A stretch of DNA of 64,000 nucleotides from a virus (taxonomy: Duplodnaviria; Heunggongvirae; Uroviricota; Caudoviricetes): positions 1 through 64,000 of IMG/VR virus record IMGVR_UViG_3300032156_000005. One strand, written 5' to 3'. How positions within the stretch are numbered: position 1 is the first letter of the stretch; each line of letters starts with the position of its first letter. The notes beneath the pieces were generated by a model. The model ran no database searches. It was given only the letters and a program-made list of their open reading frames with translations, and was not told the origin of the DNA. This document shows, one piece after another, positions 38,096 to 47,232 of the stretch. The position numbers and the translations under genes are program-made.

Positions 38096-38599
38096 ATGAT
38101 ACCTAGTGCAATTCTAATACTTCAGCCGCAGTTACATCAAGGTCTCTACCTAACTCTCTGTTCGGAGATGCTGGGGCGATCCCCCTCCCGATCTGCCGAT
38201 ACGGCGGGTCTATCTGGACTGCCACATCTTCTATCCACTATTGCTGCATTTGGTGGTGGGGCCGAGACAGATGCATACGATCTTCTTTCTTTTGGATTCC
38301 TAATTGCCGCCGACGAACGGGATATTCCAGAAATTTTAGAGGTGGCATCTGGCATGCCATTTGCACTGACAGATACTATTCTACGTGGTACGCAGTCTGT
38401 TATTATAACTGGAACACTTCGGCACTGGATATTGGCGGTATCGAAGGGATGCCGACAGGATCAAACAACAACGGTACGGACTTGCTATGACAAAATATAC
38501 ACAAATTTCTGCCAGCAGGGATTATCGCTAGCTTTTAACGTAACAAAAAGAGATCTACCCGACCATACATTTTATTTAACCCATGAAAAGAGGAGCTAA
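38096..38599 (+). CDS. Hypothetical protein (167 aa)
   Basis: ORF in the accessory block. No motif recognised. Confidence 0.35.
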   Translation: MIPSAILILQPQLHQGLYLTLCSEMLGRSPSRSADTAGLSGLPHLLSTIAAFGGGAETDAYDLLSFGFLIAADERDIPEILEVASGMPFALTDTILRGTQSVIITGTLRHWILAVSKGCRQDQTTTVRTCYDKIYTNFCQQGLSLAFNVTKRDLPDHTFYLTHEKRS

Positions 38600-38601
38600 G
38601 T

Positions 38602-38772
38602 ATGTTGGATTTTAATGAATGGGACGACGAAGACTACGAACGAGAAATCGGATATGATGACGAGTACGAGGATGACGATTGGGATCCCGATTTAGACGAA
38701 GACCTAGAGCCATTTATGGGTGGGGACGAAAAGTGGTATGATGACGACGAGGACGATTGGGACGACGACTAA
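38602..38772 (+). CDS. Hyper-acidic 56-aa protein (candidate DNA mimic)
   Basis: RBS AGGAG 7 nt upstream. MLDFNEWDDEDYEREIGYDDEYEDDDWDPDLDEDLEPFMGGDEKWYDDDEDDWDDD: ~60% Asp/Glu with interspersed Trp/Tyr, no basic residues beyond R/K x3. Confidence 0.4.
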   Translation: MLDFNEWDDEDYEREIGYDDEYEDDDWDPDLDEDLEPFMGGDEKWYDDDEDDWDDD

Positions 38773-38818
38773 GTCGATGTGTATCTTTACTCTATAACTA
38801 TTTTCCATTGGACATTAC

Positions 38819-41590
38819 ATGATACCCTTAAATACGCCCACCACCATCAAGTTGGAAACAACGACCCAATCAGGGGCTCGTGTTAGGGTTCCAGCTACAA
38901 TCTTGGCCACTGACGCCAGGATTGAATTCTTAAAATCCCCCTTCTCTTTGAAGGACGAGATTAAGGCAATGAAGCATGCCGAGTGGCAGGGGTACAAGGA
39001 TCCACCAAGGAAAATTTGGACAGTAGAAAACTGTCAACGTAATTGGTTTCAATTACAGGTCATGATGGGGGAAAATCCCTACGAATGGTTTGATCGTCCA
39101 CTCCAGCATTTCAAATATGATCGCCCTCTGATGGGTCACCAGTTTGATATGTCGGACGCTGGACTCACATACCATTATCAACTCTTCGGAGCAGAAATGG
39201 GCTGCATTGCCGGGGACGCTATTGTTCACGTAAACCGTGCTGGTAGGGGATTTGCGTTTTGTTTGAGTGAACTTTGTTATAAATTCCACGGTGGTCGGAG
39301 TAGCGGCACGACGATGCGTTCCGACACCCGCGGTAGGTCATGGGATCTGAGTATTCCAACCTATGTCCAAGGATTTAAGGGCGACCGAATTGGACTAGTT
39401 AAGATACAGGATGTATTGTATAAGGGGCGGAGAGAGGTTGTTCGCGTGACTTTGGAGACAAAATCACTGACACTGACTCCAGATCACGAGGTCTGCATAG
39501 GAGCCTTTAGGTATGGTAAGTTTAAACCAGTTCAGGATCTAGTAATTGGTGACCGTGTTATGGTACGACTTGATGATGGAGTATCCGATGAGGTTAATAG
39601 CGAGGTACAGGCACTCCCGAGTACGCTAGTAAAGACAACAACGCGTGGTATGGGTTACTGGCTAGATAAAGATGGATATATACGTATCGGCGGTCTAAAG
39701 GGTCATCCACGTTGGGGTGCCCACGGAGTCTACGAGCATCTTCTAGTAATGGAAGATTTGCTTGGCCGACCTGTGCAGATTGGCGAAGAGGTTCACCATA
39801 AGAATAAACAGCGATGGGATAATCGTCCGTCGAATTTAATTTTGTGTGCGACTAAAACAGACCACATGGCATTGCATCAAAATTACAAGAATTTAAAATG
39901 TGGGTGTTATGTGTTTGAATGTGTCACCGGCATTAAAGACGCCGGGTCGATTGATGTCTATGATATCCAATGTGAGGGTCCATACCACAACTTTGCCGCT
40001 AATGATATAATTGTCCATAACTGCGGCAAAACTTTGTCAGCCATTGAAACGATGGAGAAGTCAGGTAAAAAGAAGTGGTGGTGGGTAGGTCCTAGATCTG
40101 GACTCTATGCAATCGAGCGCGAATTTAAGAAATGGGAAATCAGTCCCAACCTTGAAGTGGAGTTAATGACCTACGAGGGTCTGGTAAAACGCATGGGAAT
40201 GTGGAAGTCAGGCGACCCCGCTCCAATGGGTATTGTCTTCGACGAAATCAGCAGGTGTAAAACTGCCAAGACGCAACGAACACAAGCCGCCCAGGCTATT
40301 GCAGACGGTGTCCGTGCTGATTGGGGTCTAGAAGGTTACGTCCTTGGCATGTCTGGCACCCCATCCCCCAAGTCACCTGTGGATTGGTGGGCGCCGACGG
40401 AGATCATTTGGCCTGGATTTTTACGCGAGGGGGATTCTAATGCGTTCAAATTTAGACTTGGGATTCACAAAAAAGAAGAGAGTGCTATGGGTAATGCCTT
40501 CTGGCAACTCGTGGACTGGAGAGACGACGAACGAAAATGTGATGTTTGCGGAGAATTTAAGGAAGAGGGTATGCATTCATGTCGTATCGGCACGGATTTG
40601 AATGGGACGGAATCGGACATTCATGATTTTAAAGCCAGCATAAATGAGGTGGCATACCTTAATGAGCGACTAAAGGGGTTGGTCATCGTGAAGCTGAAAA
40701 AGGACTGCCTCGATCTGCCAGAGAAACAGTATCGACAGGTATTCTGTAAACCATCACCAGCAACCGTCCGAGTTGCTGAAGCCTTGATGAAATCGGCACC
40801 AAATACCATTACTGGTCTAACTCGTCTTCGTGAATTGAGCGACGGGTTTCAGTATAGGGACAAGGTCGTTGGTAAGGAAACTTGTCCAATATGCAAGGGC
40901 ACTTGTTTGAATACTTACTGGGTAGATCCAGAAGATTCTGAGCGTGCTTTTACTATGACCGATATGTTAGACGCAGAGTATGTATCTACATTGATTCAAA
41001 CTGAGATGCCATGTGTATCATGTAATGGCACGGGCGAAGTCGCTAAGATCGAGCGTCAAGTGAAAGAAGTACCGTGTCCCAAGGAAGCGGAGTTAATTAA
41101 TCTCCTAGACGAAAACGAAGAGACTGGCAGGTTGGTTGTATTCGCTGGTTTCACTGGTTCGATTGACAGAGTGACCAACGTATGTATGAAGCAGGGTTGG
41201 GACGTGATTAGGGTTGATGGACGTGGTTGGTTGACTTTTAAGGCTGACGGAGAAACAACAGCCGAAGCGCCATTGGATTATTGGGCTGACGTTGTGAATC
41301 ACCCACGAGTAGTATTTGTTGCACATCCGAAGTCTGGCGGTATGGCCCTGACATTGACCGAAAGTAGAATGATCTGTTTCTACTCGAATGACTACAATCC
41401 AGAATCCCGAAGTCAGGCCGAGGATCGTATACATCGTCCTGGAATGGATATTAATCGTGGAGCAACAATAGTTGACTTGTTACATTTACCCACCGATTTA
41501 AAGGTGCTGGAGATACTGAAAGCTAATAGGCGTCTAGAACTAATGTCTCTCGGCGAATTTCAGGGCTGCTTTCAAGATGTCGAAGCATAG
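38819..41590 (+). CDS. SNF2/DEAD-like helicase interrupted by an intein in the Walker A motif
   Basis: Exteins give Walker A FGAEMG|CGKT and a DExx-like FDEISRC. Helicase C-terminal motif VI is QAEDRIHRPGMDI, preceded by ...VVFAGFTGSIDRV.... Cys4 clusters CPICKGTC...CVSCNGTG. The intein occupies 39203..40021. Confidence 0.7.
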   Translation: MIPLNTPTTIKLETTTQSGARVRVPATILATDARIEFLKSPFSLKDEIKAMKHAEWQGYKDPPRKIWTVENCQRNWFQLQVMMGENPYEWFDRPLQHFKYDRPLMGHQFDMSDAGLTYHYQLFGAEMGCIAGDAIVHVNRAGRGFAFCLSELCYKFHGGRSSGTTMRSDTRGRSWDLSIPTYVQGFKGDRIGLVKIQDVLYKGRREVVRVTLETKSLTLTPDHEVCIGAFRYGKFKPVQDLVIGDRVMVRLDDGVSDEVNSEVQALPSTLVKTTTRGMGYWLDKDGYIRIGGLKGHPRWGAHGVYEHLLVMEDLLGRPVQIGEEVHHKNKQRWDNRPSNLILCATKTDHMALHQNYKNLKCGCYVFECVTGIKDAGSIDVYDIQCEGPYHNFAANDIIVHNCGKTLSAIETMEKSGKKKWWWVGPRSGLYAIEREFKKWEISPNLEVELMTYEGLVKRMGMWKSGDPAPMGIVFDEISRCKTAKTQRTQAAQAIADGVRADWGLEGYVLGMSGTPSPKSPVDWWAPTEIIWPGFLREGDSNAFKFRLGIHKKEESAMGNAFWQLVDWRDDERKCDVCGEFKEEGMHSCRIGTDLNGTESDIHDFKASINEVAYLNERLKGLVIVKLKKDCLDLPEKQYRQVFCKPSPATVRVAEALMKSAPNTITGLTRLRELSDGFQYRDKVVGKETCPICKGTCLNTYWVDPEDSERAFTMTDMLDAEYVSTLIQTEMPCVSCNGTGEVAKIERQVKEVPCPKEAELINLLDENEETGRLVVFAGFTGSIDRVTNVCMKQGWDVIRVDGRGWLTFKADGETTAEAPLDYWADVVNHPRVVFVAHPKSGGMALTLTESRMICFYSNDYNPESRSQAEDRIHRPGMDINRGATIVDLLHLPTDLKVLEILKANRRLELMSLGEFQGCFQDVEA
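39203..40021 (+). mobile_element. Intein (273 aa) with HNH homing-endonuclease domain, inserted in the helicase P-loop
   Basis: Starts Cys (CIAGDAIVHVNRAG, block A) and ends ...NDIIVHN followed by +1 Cys (CGKT). The internal HNH motif is EEVHHKNKQRWDNRPSNLILCATKTDHMALH. Removing it restores the contiguous P-loop GAEMGCGKT. Confidence 0.75.
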
Positions 41591-41746
41591 AAGACTAATA
41601 ATCAAAGCAGTAAGTTGGGAGACTATCTCTCTGGCACTAACAGCGATGGTTTCTTACCCATTCACTGAAAGCGTTTGTACTAGCATTGAATTAGCTGGAT
41701 ATTGTTTTGTTGTTAAAATTGTATTTTACTACCTACATGAGCAGTT

Positions 41747-42286
41747 ATGGGTTTAACCTTCTTTACGTCTGATCTACATCTTGGTCACGGTAATATACTC
41801 AAGCATCAGCCCGTTAGAGCCATTGAATTTGGCGACATAGATACGATGGACACCCATCTTATTGATTCGATCAATAAGACGGTGTCTAAAAATGATGAAT
41901 TATGGATCCTAGGAGACTTCGCGTGGAAGGCGAGCCGTTACGGACATTATCGGCAACGCTTGAAGGTCCGTAAGTTGCATGTTGTAATGGGGAATCACGA
42001 TTCGTCGTCGTTACGGATTCACGTGTCATCCTTGAATGATATGGTTTGTCATAAATTCGACGGAATTAAGTTCCACTTAACCCATTATCCTATGCTATCT
42101 TGGAGTTCCAGTAATCATGGCTCTATTCATTTATACGGGCACTGTCATGGAACGGTGGAAAATCGATTGCGTGGGAGATCTATGGACGTGGGTATTGACA
42201 ACGCACGTAAGTTATTAGGTGCATGGCGTCCATTTTCAATTAATGAAGTATTAGGATTATTGAATGTTGACATTGGGAATAGTTAG
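41747..42286 (+). CDS. Calcineurin-like metallophosphoesterase (179 aa)
   Basis: Motifs TSDLHLGH, ILGDF, MGNHD, HLTHYP, YGHCHG. Confidence 0.65.
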   Translation: MGLTFFTSDLHLGHGNILKHQPVRAIEFGDIDTMDTHLIDSINKTVSKNDELWILGDFAWKASRYGHYRQRLKVRKLHVVMGNHDSSSLRIHVSSLNDMVCHKFDGIKFHLTHYPMLSWSSSNHGSIHLYGHCHGTVENRLRGRSMDVGIDNARKLLGAWRPFSINEVLGLLNVDIGNS

Positions 42287-42977
42287 ATTATTGATCGACG
42301 ACGTACTACCTACGCTTTCTAGTAAAGAGTCCGTAGTATGTTTATCCCGTAGTGGAATAGTCCCATGTGACTTCAAGGCTATTACTGACTACATGCAAGA
42401 GACTGGTTATCCACCGACACCTGGACCATACTCAGGAAAAGAGATGTTCCTGGATTTGGGATTTAATACGTATGACGACATAGACTTCGTACCGGACGAA
42501 GGCGTGTCGATTGTACACGATATGAACACACCCTATTGTGGTGACGAATACAGTCTCGTATTTGAATGCGGTACAATGGAGCATATCTTTGATACTGCTC
42601 AAGTGTTTAAGAATACAATTAATCTGTGTGAAGTTGGTGGGACAGTCTGCCATATATCTCCACTGACGTGGTTGAATCATGGTTTCTATAACTTTTCATT
42701 AACACTATTTTACGATGTCTATCGAAACAATGGTTTTGACGACTTCAAATTTTGGTTGATAAACTGGCCTAGGAATTATGGACAAGTGGGCTCCTCAAAG
42801 GCCATGAAGATTGATTTCACACCAACTCAAATTTTACCACCAATTGGTTCTGATTTTTTGATGGTCGCTTTTACGGCACGAAAATCGCATAAGTGTGATT
42901 TTAAGATTCCAATACAAGCGGCCTATGACCCCAGCCTCGCATTAAATACTCCACTACGAAAGCATACAAATGAATAG
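42264..42977 (+). CDS. Putative class I SAM-dependent methyltransferase
   Basis: Motif I-like MFLDLGF, acidic motif II DFVPDEG, motif III region YSLVFECGTMEHIFD, then NLCEVGGTV (L..GG). The true start may be the internal Met near 42393. Confidence 0.45.
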   Translation: MLTLGIVRLLIDDVLPTLSSKESVVCLSRSGIVPCDFKAITDYMQETGYPPTPGPYSGKEMFLDLGFNTYDDIDFVPDEGVSIVHDMNTPYCGDEYSLVFECGTMEHIFDTAQVFKNTINLCEVGGTVCHISPLTWLNHGFYNFSLTLFYDVYRNNGFDDFKFWLINWPRNYGQVGSSKAMKIDFTPTQILPPIGSDFLMVAFTARKSHKCDFKIPIQAAYDPSLALNTPLRKHTNE

Positions 42978-44139
42978 ATGTTTAGCTTGCGGACACTTAG
43001 TTTCACGCCAATTATTCAATCCAGGTCCACAACCGTTATCGGCGTTGAATTTACCTCGGAGCGAGTCTGAAGCAGTGGATGCCAACAGATTTCCAATGAA
43101 CTTTCGATGCTGTGGAATCTGTGGCCATGTGTGGAACACTGACTTCGAGTACACTAAAGTACCCTATGCGGGGGACTCAAATCTCATGTATAACAGCGGT
43201 GCGTTGTGGCAAGACCACATGCAAATGCTGGTGAGTAAGTTAGCTGAGAACAAGGCTATGTGGGTTAAGAATCCAGTTATTGATATTGGTTGTGGCGATG
43301 GGCAATTTCTTTCGTTACTACTCAAAGCAGTACCCGAAGCAAAGTGTGTGGGCTTTGAACCGGGTATTGATGGTACTAAAATTACCGAGTTTGAATGTGT
43401 ACAGGATTACTTTCGACCAGAGCGAGATATTGCGGCAAGACAACCATCGTTACTTATTTGTCGCCACGTCTTAGAACATATCGCGGACCCACGTGATTTT
43501 ATTGCCTCTGTTGCATACTGGTGTGGACAATGTTCCGTTGCGACCGTGTTTTTAGCTGAAGTTCCATGTTGCGAAAAGGCATTGGAGTCGGGGAGAGTGT
43601 CGGACTTTTTATACGAACATGTTTCCAACTTTACACTGAACAGTCTATATGCGATGTTTGGCACTTCTGGTTTTAAGTTGCTTGAAACTTCACGTTTATA
43701 CGGGGACGAAGTGGTCGTTGGATTTTTCCAGCCGCATGAGGAAGCTTTGAAACAGAATCATCGGTCAATGCTTAAATTCTCGACTTACGTGCAGGACTCA
43801 AGAACAAATATCCAATTGAAGCAATCTAATTTGGATGGCGATGTTGTTCTATGGGGTGGCACTGGAAAGAGCGCAGCATTTTTGAATATGTTCGGATTCG
43901 ATGCAGATCGCTTTCCTGTGGTGGTCGATTCAGATCCACTAAAAGTAGGTAGGTATGTTCCAGGAACGGGGCAGAGGATTGATTCACCAGATAGTTTGGT
44001 AGGACGAACACCAACTATCATTATTACAACTGCATGGCGTGCTAATGACATCTATGCAGAGATCAATCGCCGTGGCATTAGATACAAGAGTCTATTAGTT
44101 CTTAAAGACGGAGACTTGAATGAGTATACCCAATCTTGA
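42970..44139 (+). CDS. Zinc-ribbon C-methyltransferase-like SAM methyltransferase (TylCIII/NovU-type architecture)
   Basis: N-terminal C-x-x-C...C-x-x-C zinc ribbon (CLACGH...CCGICGH), SAM motif I VIDIGCGDGQFLSLL, then a C-terminal extra domain (~120 aa). The arrangement is as in NDP-sugar C-methyltransferases. Confidence 0.55.
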   Translation: MNRCLACGHLVSRQLFNPGPQPLSALNLPRSESEAVDANRFPMNFRCCGICGHVWNTDFEYTKVPYAGDSNLMYNSGALWQDHMQMLVSKLAENKAMWVKNPVIDIGCGDGQFLSLLLKAVPEAKCVGFEPGIDGTKITEFECVQDYFRPERDIAARQPSLLICRHVLEHIADPRDFIASVAYWCGQCSVATVFLAEVPCCEKALESGRVSDFLYEHVSNFTLNSLYAMFGTSGFKLLETSRLYGDEVVVGFFQPHEEALKQNHRSMLKFSTYVQDSRTNIQLKQSNLDGDVVLWGGTGKSAAFLNMFGFDADRFPVVVDSDPLKVGRYVPGTGQRIDSPDSLVGRTPTIIITTAWRANDIYAEINRRGIRYKSLLVLKDGDLNEYTQS

Positions 44140-45877
44140 TTTGTATGACTGCCTAGCCCTACTAAAGAGGCAAGACTACCTAAAATTAACTCAAAATTTG
44201 ATCGAGGTAGTTAAACATTTTAACCTTGTCTGTTATACGCAGCTAAGTCGAGCAGAGCGCGTTAATTTAGACGATTGTATGTCTACATTTTTCTTTATTT
44301 TTTCTCATCCCAGTTTTCAAATACCTGCTGATTACGCGAAGGTATTTGTTAATATAAATCATGTCATTTCAAATATGGCAATGATGTCGTCAGTTGGTTC
44401 AACGCTTCCGGCATTAAATCGAGTAGCCCTACAGGATAATAACTACGTAAAGCTTCTAACATTATCAACCTGTCAGACACCACTCGATGTGAATTTTAAC
44501 GACCTGTTTACTCCTAATGCGGAGTTGACTTCGGTTTGGTGGTTGAATTATCAGACGTCAGCAGCGGGCACGCTTACCAAGGAAGTACACGATCGAGTAG
44601 TTTCCCATCTTCAGAGTATGCCAGAGAAGTTTGTATTGTCGGATTTTCGCACGGCACCACTTTATTTTCAAAGTACCTACTACTCTCCTGAAACTGATTA
44701 TATCATTAAAACAGAGTTGAATCGTCAAGTACGATCCAAGTTGTCCAGTGCAAAGATACAAACAATAAATCCTAAGAGAGTGGCCATTATTACTGATAGA
44801 TGGCAACCCACCACAGCGGTATATAAGAGTTGTTATCATCAAATTGAAGCGTTATCGAACAAGTATGACCTAACTTTGGTTTATTTTTCAGAGGACAGAG
44901 AATCAAAGATTGATAGGGGGCTCTTCAAAGAAACTAAGCGAGTTTACTTGGAGCCAGATATGAAGCGATTAAATTTCTCTGAGATCAAGCATAACGATTT
45001 TAAGTTTGCATACTTCCCAGATATCGGCATGAATTACGAGTCGGTTTGTCTGTCAAATATGCAAGTTGCACCAATCATGGCCACGGGTTACGGCCATCCA
45101 GTTAGTACCTTTGGTAGTAAGATTGACTATTTTATTGGTGGTATGGACGCTGAAGTGCCAGAACTCGCCGAGAAGAATTACAGTGAGAGACTAGTGCTTA
45201 TACCTGGAATTGGGGCTCATCCGGTCTTTCCAAACTACGTGCGAAAAAACCCCACCCCGTCTAAATTTATTATCAACTGTTGTTGGACTGCTCCAAAGAT
45301 TAACTACCCAATGCTAGAAGCATTGAAAGAAATCAAGTCGCGGGCTTCCAAGCCAGTGCATTTTCAGTTTTTCCCGTCCTGGACGGTTAGCCGATACCAG
45401 TCCGCATTACCATTTCTAACTGGAATGGACAAGGTATTTGAAGGAAATTCGACGGTATATTTTGACACTCCCTACCAACAATACCTGGAGTTGTTGGAAC
45501 AAGGTCGATTTTCACTAGACTCGTATCCGTTTGGGGGTTATAACACGGTTGTGGACTCATTGTTTGTCGGATGCCCAGTTGTAACGATTGAAGGGTCTAG
45601 ATTCTTTAATAGGGCATCATCTGCGTTAATGCGTAAGGTTGGATTACCTGATCTGATAACAACGAGCGTTGAAGAGTACATTGGACTGGCTGTTGAACTA
45701 ATTGACAATAGCCAAGAATTAGATAGTCTACGATCCGTAATAGGTAGTACGGATTTAAAGAGCCTGTTAGTGGACAACAATGAACCTATTTCATTCGCAA
45801 ATGCCATTGAGTATCTCGTAGATACCCACATCGAATTGAAGGCTTCGGGGAGTCGAAAACCGATAATCTTGGCATGA
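44120..45877 (+). CDS. GT41-family (O-GlcNAc-transferase-like) glycosyltransferase
   Basis: C-terminal catalytic region FDTPYQQYLELLEQGRFSLDSYPFGGYNTVVDSLFVGCPVVTIEGSRFFNRASSALMRKVGLPDLITTSVEEYIGLAVELIDNSQELDSLR aligns by eye with the OGT block [49 protein letters not shown]. Confidence 0.55.
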   Translation: MSIPNLDLYDCLALLKRQDYLKLTQNLIEVVKHFNLVCYTQLSRAERVNLDDCMSTFFFIFSHPSFQIPADYAKVFVNINHVISNMAMMSSVGSTLPALNRVALQDNNYVKLLTLSTCQTPLDVNFNDLFTPNAELTSVWWLNYQTSAAGTLTKEVHDRVVSHLQSMPEKFVLSDFRTAPLYFQSTYYSPETDYIIKTELNRQVRSKLSSAKIQTINPKRVAIITDRWQPTTAVYKSCYHQIEALSNKYDLTLVYFSEDRESKIDRGLFKETKRVYLEPDMKRLNFSEIKHNDFKFAYFPDIGMNYESVCLSNMQVAPIMATGYGHPVSTFGSKIDYFIGGMDAEVPELAEKNYSERLVLIPGIGAHPVFPNYVRKNPTPSKFIINCCWTAPKINYPMLEALKEIKSRASKPVHFQFFPSWTVSRYQSALPFLTGMDKVFEGNSTVYFDTPYQQYLELLEQGRFSLDSYPFGGYNTVVDSLFVGCPVVTIEGSRFFNRASSALMRKVGLPDLITTSVEEYIGLAVELIDNSQELDSLRSVIGSTDLKSLLVDNNEPISFANAIEYLVDTHIELKASGSRKPIILA

Positions 45878-45899
45878 AAATTGCACTGTAAGGAAAATC

Positions 45900-46946
45900 A
45901 TGAGTGAACTACAAATAACCGCTGTTACAATCGACGAAGTTATACCACATCCAAATGCCGATAGACTAGATCTATTACGCATTGGAGCCTACACTGTCTG
46001 TGAGACACGTGGCAAGTATAAGGCTGGGGATATTGTGGCCCATTTTCCTCCAGACATCCTATTGCCTAACATCACGGCCAAGCAGCTTGGAGTTGAGAAC
46101 TACCTTAAAGACGCCATCTATCCAGGGGATACCTATAAGAGTAAGTGTCGTGTCGCGGCTATTAGATTGCGTGGTTGTGCCTCATTTGGATTCGTAGTTC
46201 AAACACGATGGGCCGCTGTTCAGAACGATGATTTAATGGCTCGTTTTCATGGCGTTAAATATGAGGCCCCCGAACCCACATGGTATAAGCAAGGCGAGTG
46301 CGCAAGCGGTGATACCCGATTCCACAAGTATACGGACATTGAAAATTATAGAACGTCTAAGTATACCTGCGCCATTCCGACTGGAACTCCGGTACGGCTC
46401 ACGGAAAAGCTACACGGCGCGAACTCAAGGGTGGGTATCATTGATGGCGAGTTTATGTGTGGATCTCACAATTGCTGCAAAAAGGAATCTGTAGATTCAC
46501 TTTGGTGGGCACCACTTACACGCGACATGCGTGACATGCTTCACTGTATCGCCGAGGACGGTAAGAATGTGATTGCATTCGGAGAAATCTTTGGTTCCAG
46601 GGTTCAGTTTATGGACTATGGTATCATCGGTAATTGTGGCTATCGTCTATTTGATATTTCCGTGGATGGAAATTATCTCGATTGGGATATGGTGAAGTAT
46701 TACGCTACGCGGTTCTGCATCCCATTGGTACCGTTACTTTATACCGGTGAATTTACACATGGAATAGTAGATCAGCATGTTGATGGTCCAACGACTATGG
46801 GAGAAGTACACTCCGCATTCAAGGGGCGTGAAGGCATTGTAATCACGCCACTTACGGAAACATTCAGCCCGCGTCTTGATGGTCGTATGATTCTAAAGGC
46901 ATTGTCGGTAGATTACCTGGAACAACGAAAGAGTGATAGCCATTAA
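45900..46946 (+). CDS. RNA ligase (Rnl2-like nucleotidyltransferase with N-terminal extra domain)
   Basis: Motif I LTEKLHGANSRVGII matches the lysine-adenylate motif of T4 Rnl2 (EKIHGTN). Downstream nucleotidyltransferase motifs (FGEIFG..., LFDISVDG) and an N-terminal ~150-aa domain are present. Confidence 0.65.
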   Translation: MSELQITAVTIDEVIPHPNADRLDLLRIGAYTVCETRGKYKAGDIVAHFPPDILLPNITAKQLGVENYLKDAIYPGDTYKSKCRVAAIRLRGCASFGFVVQTRWAAVQNDDLMARFHGVKYEAPEPTWYKQGECASGDTRFHKYTDIENYRTSKYTCAIPTGTPVRLTEKLHGANSRVGIIDGEFMCGSHNCCKKESVDSLWWAPLTRDMRDMLHCIAEDGKNVIAFGEIFGSRVQFMDYGIIGNCGYRLFDISVDGNYLDWDMVKYYATRFCIPLVPLLYTGEFTHGIVDQHVDGPTTMGEVHSAFKGREGIVITPLTETFSPRLDGRMILKALSVDYLEQRKSDSH

Positions 46947-47232
46947 TAAAAATACGATCGAAAAATTTATCGCTAATTATCAGGGTGGCAACTTAGCTTC
47001 CGCTTTGGCCGCCTTCCTGTCTAAAGCGGCATCAATTCAGCAGGAACGTATGCGTCTAGACCAAGAATTTGGTAAGATACAGGAGGAGTTTCGAGCTAAT
47101 AAAGTATGCTGGGAACGTAAGGTACAGAATTTTCAACGGGGATGTTCACACGCCGAAGTGCGTTATATTCCCGATCCCGCTGGTGGATCCGACTCTTACA
47201 ATCAATGTCAATTTTGTGGTAAGGAATTCTAA
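46933..47232 (+). CDS. Hypothetical protein with C-terminal zinc ribbon (99 aa)
   Basis: C-x-H...C-x-x-C (CSHAEV...CQFCGKEF) at the C-terminus. Confidence 0.35.
   Translation: MIAINKNTIEKFIANYQGGNLASALAAFLSKAASIQQERMRLDQEFGKIQEEFRANKVCWERKVQNFQRGCSHAEVRYIPDPAGGSDSYNQCQFCGKEF

Noticed and set aside
41594-41746. Short ORF (MVSYPFTES…) between the helicase and phosphoesterase genes
   Set aside because: No RBS and it overlaps the downstream start. Probably non-coding spacer.
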